Virus record (IMG/VR): IMGVR_UViG_3300045988_139374
Location: 1-64,000 of that record
DNA: 64,000 nt
Direction: 5' to 3' (one strand)
Source: a virus
Shown here: piece after piece, positions 49,923 through 59,475 of the stretch
How positions within the stretch are numbered: the first letter of the stretch is position 1
Layout of the letters: every line of letters begins with the position of its first letter
The notes under the pieces: generated by a model
What the model saw: the letters and a program-made list of their open reading frames with translations, nothing else
Database searches by the model: none
Told to the model about the DNA's origin: nothing
Translations under genes and position numbers: made by a program

Positions 49923-52298
49923 ATGAATGCAGCAATCCAAAATGTTCTTAACGGATTAAGAAATGGAAATATGTCTATTGCATATGAGTATAAAGAGTAT
50001 TTAAATGACGTAGCTATGACTCTTTATAATAAGCCTCAACTCAGTGCAGAAGATATTGATGATCTTAAAGGTATTATTACTATTTGTAATATTACCTATA
50101 ATGATACTGATAAAGAGTTGCTTCCTATTGAAGATGGATTTTATGATTTACTTCTTGAGAAGTATAAAACATATGATCCAAACTTTCAAGTTGGCGCAGA
50201 AGTAATTAATTTTAAAGCATCTACAGGAACTAATAAAGTATTTGTAGAGCAACAAATGACTCAAGCGATATCTTTTATAGATCCAGTTGATGAAAATGAT
50301 TGCTTCTTTAAAGATGATCTTCTGATTCCATATAATCAGTATATTGATCATAGAGATTTTGAAAACGTATCCAATCCAGTAACTGCAGAAATGATATCTA
50401 AAAGATATCATGATACTCAGCATAATCATCCTGAACTTGTTGGCACTCTTGATAAATGCAAATTTGTATTAGATAAAGATGCTGCTGAAAGAGGAGTTCT
50501 TGATGATTCTAATGTAAAGACAGTGGAAAGAGATTTCTTTCAGGATCATCTGAAGAGAGGAATCATTCGGCCAAATGAGAAATTTGATATTATACTTGAA
50601 TTAAAGTATGATGGAATTTCTGTAGAAGCTGATTGTACAGATGAAGTTGTTTCTGCAAGATCTCGTGGCGATACTGGTGTTGGACGAGCATCTGATTTGA
50701 CTCCTATTCTTAAGGGATATAAATTCCCCCATAGAAAAAAAGATGCTCCTATGGTTGGAGTTAAATTTGAAGCAATCATTACTCAGTATGATCTGCCTTA
50801 TTTCAATGCCGCTAAAGGATATGAATATAAGAATTGTAGATCTGCTATTGTTGGATTGTTTGCTTCTGGAGATGCTTGGAAGTATAGAGATTTCATTACT
50901 CTAGTCCCTCTAGCAGTAGAACAAAAAGTCTATCATGATGTATGCCATTCTGATAGACTTGAGGAGATCTATTTCTTAAATCACGACTTTGTGTCTAAAG
51001 GGTGTCCACTTAGATTCTCTATGGGATCTGGTAATTATATTGAGAATCTTGTTTGGATTAATATCTTTACAAAGAATGCTGAAATGTTGAGAAATCAAAT
51101 TCCATTCATGTATGATGGTATTGTAGTCTCTTATAGAGATGAAAATATTCGTCAGAAACTTGGAAGAGAAAATTATATCAATAAATATAGCATTGCTGTT
51201 AAGTTTAATCCTCTCAAGAAGCAAACTATTTTTAGAGGATACTCTTATACTGTTGGTCAAGATGGAAGTATTACTCCTATGATCCATTACGATCCTGTGG
51301 AGTTCTATGGAACTATTCATCCTAAATCTTCTGGACAATCTCTTGCTAGGTTTAATGAGCTTAAGCTTCATAAAGGTGATATGCTTGATGTTGAATATGT
51401 CAATGATGTAATGCCTTATGTATCTAAGCCATTGAATGATTGGAATATGGATAATGAAAAAGTTTCTCCTCTTGAAGTATTCCCTTCTACTTGTCCTGTA
51501 TGTGGTTCTCCTGTACAGATTTCTGATTCCGGTAGGTCTGCAAGATGTTTAAATCCTGATTGTGGCGGAAGACAGCTTGCACGAATGGTTAATATGTGTG
51601 CTAAACTTGGTCTTATTGGATTTGGTGAAGCAACTATTAATCAAATCGGATGCTACCATCTTAAAGATATGATGGAATTAGTTACTGGTCCTAATTGGAA
51701 TGAAGAACTGCAGAAGAGAGGATTTGGCCCTATTGAATGTGCTAATATTCATGGACAATGTATGAATCTTCTCACCCAGCCTTTGTTGGATTCTGTACTT
51801 CTTGGAGCAATTGGATTTACTGGTATTTCTACTAAGACTTGGGAGTTGATACTTCCTGAGTTGAATTATTTTAAGATCAGAGATATGTTTGGTATGCTAG
51901 ATCCTTCTAAGTATTATTATAAGAGAGTCATCGAGCATATGGCAAGCATTAAAGGAATTGGCCCTACTACTGCTGATACTATTGGAAGAGAATGGGACTA
52001 TTTCAAGAACGATCTTGAATATATGTTTGCTAATGGTAATATCCAGAAATATCAGAGAAGAGAAGGAAGAAAAATTAGATTTACAGGATTTAGAGATAAA
52101 GAACTGGAAGTCTATTTGAATTCTCTTGGGTTCGATGCAGACCAAGACGGTGCAGTTAATAAAGATTGTTATGCTCTACTAGTCCCTAGTGAGAATACCA
52201 ATACTTCTAAGACTAGAAAAGCAGAACATTTTGGTGTTATGATTGTTACAAAGGATGACTTTGTAAATAATCTTAATAAGTATATGGAAAAGGAGTAA
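49923..52298 (+). CDS. ligA: NAD-dependent DNA ligase
   Basis: adenylation motif ELKYDGISV. Cys4 zinc finger CPVCGS...CLNPDCGG. HhH region. C-terminal BRCT-like domain. Confidence 0.9.
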   Translation: MNAAIQNVLNGLRNGNMSIAYEYKEYLNDVAMTLYNKPQLSAEDIDDLKGIITICNITYNDTDKELLPIEDGFYDLLLEKYKTYDPNFQVGAEVINFKASTGTNKVFVEQQMTQAISFIDPVDENDCFFKDDLLIPYNQYIDHRDFENVSNPVTAEMISKRYHDTQHNHPELVGTLDKCKFVLDKDAAERGVLDDSNVKTVERDFFQDHLKRGIIRPNEKFDIILELKYDGISVEADCTDEVVSARSRGDTGVGRASDLTPILKGYKFPHRKKDAPMVGVKFEAIITQYDLPYFNAAKGYEYKNCRSAIVGLFASGDAWKYRDFITLVPLAVEQKVYHDVCHSDRLEEIYFLNHDFVSKGCPLRFSMGSGNYIENLVWINIFTKNAEMLRNQIPFMYDGIVVSYRDENIRQKLGRENYINKYSIAVKFNPLKKQTIFRGYSYTVGQDGSITPMIHYDPVEFYGTIHPKSSGQSLARFNELKLHKGDMLDVEYVNDVMPYVSKPLNDWNMDNEKVSPLEVFPSTCPVCGSPVQISDSGRSARCLNPDCGGRQLARMVNMCAKLGLIGFGEATINQIGCYHLKDMMELVTGPNWNEELQKRGFGPIECANIHGQCMNLLTQPLLDSVLLGAIGFTGISTKTWELILPELNYFKIRDMFGMLDPSKYYYKRVIEHMASIKGIGPTTADTIGREWDYFKNDLEYMFANGNIQKYQRREGRKIRFTGFRDKELEVYLNSLGFDADQDGAVNKDCYALLVPSENTNTSKTRKAEHFGVMIVTKDDFVNNLNKYMEKE

Positions 52299-52303
52299 AT
52301 ATT

Positions 52304-53071
52304 ATGGAAGAAAAGTCTTATAAGTTTATCGAGCCTGGTTCTATTAAATTCAGTGAAATGCGTAAGTTTGCTGAACTTAGCTACAATATCAATGAGCTTA
52401 AGGAATGCCTTAAGTCTGAAGGAGTAGATCTAAGAGTAAGCGAACTGGTTAGAGTTATTGAAGCAGTACTTTGTGATTCTGGCCTTGCATTTAGTGAAGA
52501 TGGTCAGCCCAAATATCTGAATTGCACTCTTGGATATATCAGCATTGTAAGTCCTTTTGAGATGATTGAGGAAGACAATACTGAAGAGCAGACTAATCTT
52601 CTTCATCGGCTCACTGAGTATTATATTGATCTGGCTCAGCATTGTGGCGATGAGCCTTTCAATGTAGAAACTATCATATCTAATATCGGAATTATCTATA
52701 AAGAGGTATGCATTTTCATTAATGACCTCTTTGAGTATATTCATAATGAATATGCTAGAGATATTATTGAGCATAGATATAATAGTCTTACCCATCACTA
52801 TTTTATGTTTGCTGATGACAATAACAGCAAGACTAGTGATTACTTCATCGAGCTCGATATGTTTGTAGATAGTATTATTGAAAAGCCCGTACTGCATATT
52901 ACTGGCACTTGCTTTAGTGGTGAGGTTCCTAAGTCTTCTCCTGTAATGATCATTGATTCTTTCAATGATGAAGACAAGAATAAGCTAATGGCAAGATACT
53001 ACAATACTGTAGAACTTGGTGCTGATGCTGCTGAGCCTGAACATGCAGAGGCAGAAATCGTTTCTGAATGA
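52304..53071 (+). CDS. acidic hypothetical protein, 255 aa
   Basis: AAAGGAG SD. Confidence 0.8.
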   Translation: MEEKSYKFIEPGSIKFSEMRKFAELSYNINELKECLKSEGVDLRVSELVRVIEAVLCDSGLAFSEDGQPKYLNCTLGYISIVSPFEMIEEDNTEEQTNLLHRLTEYYIDLAQHCGDEPFNVETIISNIGIIYKEVCIFINDLFEYIHNEYARDIIEHRYNSLTHHYFMFADDNNSKTSDYFIELDMFVDSIIEKPVLHITGTCFSGEVPKSSPVMIIDSFNDEDKNKLMARYYNTVELGADAAEPEHAEAEIVSE

Positions 53072-53073
53072 TT

Positions 53074-53114
53074 AAAAATCGGTCTAGAGAGAAATCTCTA
53101 GACCTTTTTATTTA
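53074..53114 (+). terminator. intrinsic terminator, GGTCTAGAGAGAAATCTCTAGACC family copy 3
   Basis: identical hairpin. Confidence 0.9.
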
Positions 53115-53129
53115 AAACCTAAAATCAGA

Positions 53130-53166
53130 AACAGCAAGATATTATAATAATGATCCACTAGTGGAT
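53130..53166 (+). promoter_or_regulatory. phage promoter box (GCAAGATATTATAATAATG) plus palindromic 5' hairpin ATCCACTAGTGGAT
   Basis: core box identical to consensus. Confidence 0.65.
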
Positions 53167-53312
53167 ATATTATATTCTGGAGGTATAAAATGAAAAAATA
53201 TGATGTTTATGGTCCATAGATTATGTAAATTTTTATGCATATCGGAACTATAAATTACAGCATGGAAACATACTGGAGTACAATTTTCAATCAAAAAAGG
53301 AGATAAACTACT

Positions 53313-53930
53313 ATGGAAAAGAAATTTAAGGAAACCCGTATCAGCGAAGAATATTCTAAGGCTCTGGCAAACCAGCATCTTCTGATTGGACCTACTCATA
53401 TCTATAAGATTGCAACTGTCTTGTTCCATGGTGCAAGTATGTGCCTGTCTGCAATGAAGAATACTTCCGTTGGCAAGGCTCTTATCTTCCGTGCTGTTGA
53501 TGGTAGATTCCTGGCAGGTGCTAAGGTACAGTATATTGCAAATGTCGATGATCCTAACAATCCCGCCGCAGGTCGTTGGGATTATACCTGGACTGCATAT
53601 GAAGAAGATTTGAAGGATTGCGATACTGTCGATGTTGCAAACAATGCAATGATCGCTCCTTACTTCACAGCTGCTGGTATTTCTCTGTACAACATGAAGT
53701 TTGCAGATAGTGATACCTGCATCACTATGATGAATACTCTGGTTGAGTTCATCATCAACTGGCTGAAGGAGAATGTTACTGATACTGAGCCTGCTACTCT
53801 GGTTCTTGAAGGTGTCTTTAAGGGCGTAGCAGAAGTTGATCCTGATGGTTCTATCGATATTGGTATTATTCCTGATGGTGCTATGAAGGTTCTGATTAAG
53901 GACGATTCTGCAATTCAGGACGCAGCATAA
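53313..53930 (+). CDS. hypothetical abundant protein, 205 aa (G/C-ending codon bias, monocistronic, ~150-nt leader)
   Basis: AAAGGAG SD; codon usage like the 33158 gene; followed by an 18-bp-stem terminator. Confidence 0.85.
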   Translation: MEKKFKETRISEEYSKALANQHLLIGPTHIYKIATVLFHGASMCLSAMKNTSVGKALIFRAVDGRFLAGAKVQYIANVDDPNNPAAGRWDYTWTAYEEDLKDCDTVDVANNAMIAPYFTAAGISLYNMKFADSDTCITMMNTLVEFIINWLKENVTDTEPATLVLEGVFKGVAEVDPDGSIDIGIIPDGAMKVLIKDDSAIQDAA

Positions 53931-53967
53931 TCCATTATTCCTAAGCATTGGTAGTATAATTTAAAAT

Positions 53968-54020
53968 AAGACAGTGGGCTGGGGAAGAGATTCCCCAGCC
54001 TACTGTCTTATATTATTTTG
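53968..54020 (+). terminator. intrinsic terminator with an 18-bp stem
   Basis: AAGACAGTGGGCTGGGGA / TCCCCAGCCTACTGTCTT, one G-U pair. Confidence 0.85.
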
Positions 54021-54037
54021 ATCGGAGATACCAAAAT

Positions 54038-54697
54038 ATGGAACTGAAGACGGCTACAATTGATGGAAAAATCATGGATGTTATACAAGAAGATAGATTT
54101 AGAAGCGAATATTTGACTTATACTAATCCCAGTTTAGCCGCTTCAACAGCTGTTGAAGTAAAAGATGAAAACGGTGTAGGATATATTCTTCCATTTAGAG
54201 GAAAGACTGACGAGCAGCCTGGAATTTATCAAGATGGGTGTATATATTTTACTAAGTTTCCTACTCATGAAGAAGAATCTAAATATAGATCTGATAGTGT
54301 CAATTCTGTAGATTTTAGTGATGTTAATAATATCACTGACTTTCTAGATAGAAATAAACAGATCAGAGATATGGAAACAACTATTCTTACGGATAGTGAT
54401 TCTGTCTTTACTCCTCCTATGAATCAAGATGATAGTCCTGAGATGAGAGCTTTTAAACAGGCTATTGCATCTAAGCATATGGATATAAACAAATATGCTC
54501 CTAGATTTGGAGACAATTATCTGAACGATAAGCGTATTCTCAAAACTAGTTCTATTACAATGAATAAACTAGTAGCTATGAGTGAAAGACTTGATATTGA
54601 AGTTGAGCTTACACTTCGTAATGCTAGTGACAATGTTCCTAATCCTATGGATAAGCCTATCACTGTAATTCTTACTGGAAACACTGATTCTGATTAA
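54038..54697 (+). CDS. hypothetical protein, 219 aa
   Basis: GGAG SD. Confidence 0.8.
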   Translation: MELKTATIDGKIMDVIQEDRFRSEYLTYTNPSLAASTAVEVKDENGVGYILPFRGKTDEQPGIYQDGCIYFTKFPTHEEESKYRSDSVNSVDFSDVNNITDFLDRNKQIRDMETTILTDSDSVFTPPMNQDDSPEMRAFKQAIASKHMDINKYAPRFGDNYLNDKRILKTSSITMNKLVAMSERLDIEVELTLRNASDNVPNPMDKPITVILTGNTDSD

Positions 54698-54713
54698 GGA
54701 GGAGTATAGTTAA

Positions 54714-56666
54714 ATGGATTTTTCACAATATTCAACCCAATATGGAAGTCTTCAAACTCCGCAAAACATTAATCCATATACAGCAAATGGTATGGATTCA
54801 ATGATGCATGCTCCTACAGAAAATCCAAATGTCGATAAATTTCTTCATGATTTTAATGATAGTCATAGAGAGAGATTTAATGATTTTTGGTTTACCAGAA
54901 ATGATGATGATATTATCGAAGGCATGAAACAGGTTATTCTGTCATGTGAGCGAGATAAATATTTCATCATTAAAGTTATTGGCTTTGAAGTGATTAAAGA
55001 TTATGAAGAAATTCAGAAGATCCTTTATCACTACTATTCTATGAAGACTAAGAATGGTAAGAAAGTCAGTAATGAATATGATTATATCAATCTTAGAGAT
55101 TCTGATGTAATGCTACTCAAGGTAAGATACTATATCAAGTTGAATATTCCTGAAAGTAAAATTAGATTGGATCCTAAGACTGGTGAACTGGAAAAGTCTG
55201 AAGGAGAACTGGAGGTACTTATTGCATTACCGATCTATGTCAATAAGTATTATTTCAGAATCCTTGGCAACTATTATAATCCTATTTTCCAAATTGTTGA
55301 TGGTAGTACTTACAATAACTCCACATCTAATAGTCGTGTACAGAGTATCACTCTGAAAACTCAATTCATGCCTATTAAAGTATATAAGGAATTATATGAT
55401 ATTCCTGATATTGTGGATTGTAGCTATCATCGTTGTGTCTTGTTCACCTCTTATGTCTTCAATAAGAAAACAGATACAATTAAATTCATTTTAGGAAGAT
55501 ATGGATTGCTGGGTGCTATGGAAATGTTGGAGCTTGAAGGGATCTATGTGTCTCCTGCATCTTGTCCTCCTATGGATCCTGAGATCTTCTATAATTTCGA
55601 AGATCCTCATAAGAAGATTGTAGTATCTGTAGTAAAAGGATTGTTTGATAAAGATAATGTCACTCAATCTTTTGTGTATACAGTACTCAAGTCTGTGAAG
55701 AAACTCGAAAAGTATGATGATTTGTATGATCCGAGATATTGGAATAAAATCTTAGGTGCAGATTTCCAATCTGCTACTTTGGATAAAGGTATTCCTGTTC
55801 TTGATTCTTTGGAATCTATTTATGATCTACGTACTAAACAATCTATCAGACTTCCTAAAGAAGATAAAGAAGATTCTTATTGTATTCTTAGATGGATGAT
55901 GAGAGAATTCTCTTTTCTAAAAGCTAGAGACAATATGGATATTTCCACAAAACATCCTAGAATGGCAGATGAGTATCTTCCTGCTATTTATGCAATGAAG
56001 ATTTCTCGTGGCCTTTATAGAATTTCTGATAAAGGCAAAAATGTTACTTTTAAAGATGTAGTAAGAGTGCTTGATACACCTCCTAACTATATCTTGAAGA
56101 ATATCAATGCTGCTAACCTTGTTGATTATGTAGATCTGGTTAATGATAACGATGCTGAACTTGCAATCTCTTATACCTATAAGGGTGTATCTGGTCTTGG
56201 TGATCAAGGTTCTGGTACTGCAGTTCCTATTGTTTATCGTTTCGTGCATCCTAGCCAGCTCGGTAGAGTTGATCTCGATGCTTCCTCTTCTTCTGATCCT
56301 GGCCTGTCTGGATTGATTTGTCCTATGGCTAAGATCAATAATGGATCGTTTACTGATTATAACGAACCTAATGGATGGAAGAAATTCTATATCGAAACAT
56401 TGTCGGAACTCAAGACTATGCATAATATGCAACAGGCTATCGATCTTAAGAAAAGATGTGGTCTGGAATATGATTATGTAAAAGAAGATATGGTTAGAGA
56501 AACTATTGAATCTTATCAGAGACTTATTCCTGCAATTATTGATATTGAAGGCAAGAAAGATTATACTCTTGGAGTTATTATGCCTGATACTACTGTTGTA
56601 TCTGGTGATGACGATGGAGTCGGTGAAGTTTCAACTGGTGTAGAAACTCCTCCTTCTGATGACTAA
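54714..56666 (+). CDS. multisubunit RNA polymerase beta subunit, N-terminal half (split gene)
   Basis: YRFVHPSQLGRVDLDASSSSDPGLSGLICPMA, cf. bacterial beta RDVHPSHYGRxCPIETPEGPNIGLI. Confidence 0.7.
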   Translation: MDFSQYSTQYGSLQTPQNINPYTANGMDSMMHAPTENPNVDKFLHDFNDSHRERFNDFWFTRNDDDIIEGMKQVILSCERDKYFIIKVIGFEVIKDYEEIQKILYHYYSMKTKNGKKVSNEYDYINLRDSDVMLLKVRYYIKLNIPESKIRLDPKTGELEKSEGELEVLIALPIYVNKYYFRILGNYYNPIFQIVDGSTYNNSTSNSRVQSITLKTQFMPIKVYKELYDIPDIVDCSYHRCVLFTSYVFNKKTDTIKFILGRYGLLGAMEMLELEGIYVSPASCPPMDPEIFYNFEDPHKKIVVSVVKGLFDKDNVTQSFVYTVLKSVKKLEKYDDLYDPRYWNKILGADFQSATLDKGIPVLDSLESIYDLRTKQSIRLPKEDKEDSYCILRWMMREFSFLKARDNMDISTKHPRMADEYLPAIYAMKISRGLYRISDKGKNVTFKDVVRVLDTPPNYILKNINAANLVDYVDLVNDNDAELAISYTYKGVSGLGDQGSGTAVPIVYRFVHPSQLGRVDLDASSSSDPGLSGLICPMAKINNGSFTDYNEPNGWKKFYIETLSELKTMHNMQQAIDLKKRCGLEYDYVKEDMVRETIESYQRLIPAIIDIEGKKDYTLGVIMPDTTVVSGDDDGVGEVSTGVETPPSDD

Positions 56667-56703
56667 TAATTAATTTATAGACTTTAGAAGGAGGTCTTTT
56701 ATT

Positions 56704-56955
56704 ATGGGTGCTAATATCGAAAAAACCAAAGATACTTTTGTTTATTTCCTGTATTCTGAACAGCAGATTTCTGAAAGATCTGCTATTGAGAAAACAATGT
56801 CAAGAGTATTTTCTCCTGGTACTGTAATTATCAATGGTAGAAAGAAAATCTTTTCAGAGATTTCTAAGAAGTCATCTAATAGGTATCCTGATTGTAAAGT
56901 AGTTGCATCTGGATATAAGTCTCAGCTTGTTTATACTATGCCTAGTGCAAGATAA
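56704..56955 (+). CDS. hypothetical protein, 83 aa
   Basis: AAGGAGG SD. Confidence 0.75.
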   Translation: MGANIEKTKDTFVYFLYSEQQISERSAIEKTMSRVFSPGTVIINGRKKIFSEISKKSSNRYPDCKVVASGYKSQLVYTMPSAR

Positions 56956-56975
56956 TTCTAAAAGGAGGTTCATTC

Positions 56976-57716
56976 ATGGCTCATACTTTTGAAGTTATAT
57001 CATCTGTCTGCGTTCAGCTTAATAGCCTATCCAAAGAGTATATGGGAAATAGTAAAGCCAGAACCATGTCTAAGATCATGGATTCTCTATGCATCTCTGT
57101 AGGAAGATCTATTTCTACTATCGATGATATTATCATTGATAAAGAAAAAGATGCTTATGTAGATAAAGGTATCTTTGCTAATAATGGAGATAAGTTTCAT
57201 CCTGTATACGTTCTTTCCATTAAGAATATTAAGAAACCTTTTATCGACACAATCACAACCACTGCAAGAACTAATGATAATAACTTAGTAGTTGGCACTG
57301 TTATTGGTGTTCCATATATGATCTTTGATGAAAATACGAGCTTTAATGATGTTTGCAAGATTATTAAAGATATGTATTTCCAGATTGTCGATATGGATCG
57401 TAACATGTCCTTTAATGCAAATTTTGCATTAATTAATTTTAGCAGTGGAACTAGCAAAGTAAGAATTCCGACTTACGATCTTTCTATGATGCTAGCAACT
57501 GTCTGTTGTATGTATATCAATATCAAATCTTGGTTTGGTAACTCTGATGAACCTGATTTTAGAGTTCCTCCTAAAGATATGATTGATGCATTAGACACTA
57601 AGTTGTCTGATGATAAGATCAAAGGTTTGATTAATACTATCAACAGACATGCTTCTGGCGTTAACGATATCAGAGACTCTCTAGTTTCTGGTAGTATTGT
57701 CCGTGACTTCTTATAA
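56976..57716 (+). CDS. hypothetical protein, 246 aa
   Basis: AAAGGAGG SD. Confidence 0.8.
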   Translation: MAHTFEVISSVCVQLNSLSKEYMGNSKARTMSKIMDSLCISVGRSISTIDDIIIDKEKDAYVDKGIFANNGDKFHPVYVLSIKNIKKPFIDTITTTARTNDNNLVVGTVIGVPYMIFDENTSFNDVCKIIKDMYFQIVDMDRNMSFNANFALINFSSGTSKVRIPTYDLSMMLATVCCMYINIKSWFGNSDEPDFRVPPKDMIDALDTKLSDDKIKGLINTINRHASGVNDIRDSLVSGSIVRDFL

Positions 57717-57723
57717 TTAATAT

Positions 57724-57768
57724 AAACGTATAGTAGATTTCATGTCTACTATACGTTTTATTTTTTTA
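57724..57768 (+). terminator. intrinsic terminator (AAACGTATAGTAGA / TCTACTATACGTTT)
   Basis: 14-bp stem plus T-tract. Confidence 0.85.
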
Positions 57769-57770
57769 TT

Positions 57771-58088
57771 ATGGAAAATAATTTAAAATCTACCTCTGGC
57801 ATATCTGCATTCTTTAATGGATATAAGATGTGTGTTTCATATAATGATAACACATGTCCATATTGTGGACAAAGAATTTTAAGATATGAAGATCAACCAT
57901 TCTATGGAAACCATATTAAGATTAGATATATCTGTAGAAACTGTGGATTCATTTGCCCTGTAGGATATCCTAATCTTAAAGATGCAAAACCAGTATACGA
58001 TTCTACTGTAAATAATTTTATTGATAATTTTGGATCTACGATCCAGGATAGAATTAAAGATATTATAGTAGGAGGAATTGAAATTTAA
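57771..58088 (+). CDS. zinc-ribbon protein, 105 aa
   Basis: CPYCG...CRNCG; no SD (the ATG is 2 nt after the terminator T-tract). Confidence 0.55.
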   Translation: MENNLKSTSGISAFFNGYKMCVSYNDNTCPYCGQRILRYEDQPFYGNHIKIRYICRNCGFICPVGYPNLKDAKPVYDSTVNNFIDNFGSTIQDRIKDIIVGGIEI

Positions 58089-58409
58089 CAATATCACTTT
58101 ATTATAAATGCATTGGGAGAATTTCAATAAAAATCTAAAAAGCAAAACATAGGGTTTCTTTGCTTGTTCTGCATTTTCATTGAGTTTGTGATTACGGTTT
58201 CATACTTCTCATAATATAAACCTCCTTTTATGAATAAAAATAATCAGTTCAGCTTATTTCTTATTCCTAAGGATTTGGACCTTTCTTTTTTCGTTTTCGA
58301 CCTCTCTTAAATCTTATCCACTATGTGGTCTTTTGATCTTTTTCTCGCAGTTTTCTTATTCATGATTTTTATACACGATAAGGATAAGTAATTCTTCTAA
58401 TGCATTAAA

Positions 58410-58451
58410 AGATGGGTAGAGGCGGTATCTCTACCCATCTATTTTATTTTT
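58410..58451 (+). terminator. intrinsic terminator (AGATGGGTAGAG / CTCTACCCATCT)
   Basis: 12-bp stem plus T-rich tail; 320 nt downstream of the nearest plus-strand stop. Confidence 0.75.
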
Positions 58452-58494
58452 CAATTAGATATTATAATATTGAATAGATAGAGATACTATCTAT
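58450..58494 (+). promoter_or_regulatory. phage promoter box TTCAATTAGATATTATAATATTG plus 5' stem-loop 58474-58494
   Basis: consensus copy; the box itself is nearly palindromic (TTCAAT...ATTGAA). Confidence 0.65.
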
Positions 58495-58526
58495 AAATAT
58501 TTGTCTAAAAAGAAAGGAAATTTATT

Positions 58527-58973
58527 ATGTTGAAAGTTAATGGAATCGAAATTACCATTTATACCAATGGACGTGATGTGAACACTTATGTGGCAACCTA
58601 TATCCATCAGCAGTTGAGAGGTAATCCCAATTATATTGATAGCAATATTGTCCTTAATATGGATCAGGATGATAAGACTATTATCTATCTTGATCTTGAT
58701 CATATGGATAAAAAGCATATTCCTAATATTGCCATTGATTGGAATGGCATTGAAAGGATCAAGATCGATAATCTTGATGGCGCTACTAAAAACAGAATTG
58801 CAAAAAGCATCGAAGAATATTGTTATCAATATCCTAATATTGGCAACTTTGATATGTTGATCAATGATCTTCATCCTAATCAACTCATCGTTGTTGGTAA
58901 TGAACCTCATATCGTGTTTAATCTTCACGATTGGATTATTGATAACGATAAGAAAAATAAAAAGGAGAACTAA
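58527..58973 (+). CDS. hypothetical protein, 148 aa
   Basis: GAAAGGA SD. Confidence 0.8.
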   Translation: MLKVNGIEITIYTNGRDVNTYVATYIHQQLRGNPNYIDSNIVLNMDQDDKTIIYLDLDHMDKKHIPNIAIDWNGIERIKIDNLDGATKNRIAKSIEEYCYQYPNIGNFDMLINDLHPNQLIVVGNEPHIVFNLHDWIIDNDKKNKKEN

Positions 58974-58975
58974 AA

Positions 58976-59200
58976 ATGGGTAAGAAGCATTTTACTATTG
59001 TTGTGCACTCTATTGAGCACAAGATTCCTAAGACTACTTATGAAGTAGACGCTTTCAGTGCCGATAGAGCTATTGAAACTGTAGGTAAGAAGGTTAAAGC
59101 AAAATTTAAGACTTTTATCGGAGATACTAACTATACTGTTGATCAGATCTCTGATGAGGGTGAATCTACAAGAAGAGTATTTGAAGTTAATCACTTCTAA
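58976..59200 (+). CDS. hypothetical protein, 74 aa
   Basis: AAAGGAG SD. Confidence 0.75.
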   Translation: MGKKHFTIVVHSIEHKIPKTTYEVDAFSADRAIETVGKKVKAKFKTFIGDTNYTVDQISDEGESTRRVFEVNHF

Positions 59201-59206
59201 TAAATA

Positions 59207-59246
59207 AGGTGGGAGGGTTAAATAACACCCTCCCACTTTTTATTTT
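59207..59246 (+). terminator. intrinsic terminator (GTGGGAGGGT / ACCCTCCCAC)
   Basis: GC-rich 10-bp stem plus T-tract. Confidence 0.9.
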
Positions 59247-59286
59247 TAATAATTTTGAAACCCATTTATAAAAGGAGTGTAGATCT

Positions 59287-59475
59287 ATGAGTATTGATGT
59301 TTATAATATATCTCCAGAAGAATTGAATGAAATGCTTCAAGATATAAGGGAAACAAATAGAAAGGTATGTAAAAATCCTCAGATCTTTAGTCAGTATGAT
59401 GATTATAGCTCAGAAACTGTAGAATTTGAAGATCTTGATCTCTCAAATATAGAAAAGGAGAATAAGAAAGAATGA
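59287..59475 (+). CDS. hypothetical acidic protein, 62 aa
   Basis: AAAGGAG SD; ATGA overlap with the next gene. Confidence 0.7.
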   Translation: MSIDVYNISPEELNEMLQDIRETNRKVCKNPQIFSQYDDYSSETVEFEDLDLSNIEKENKKE

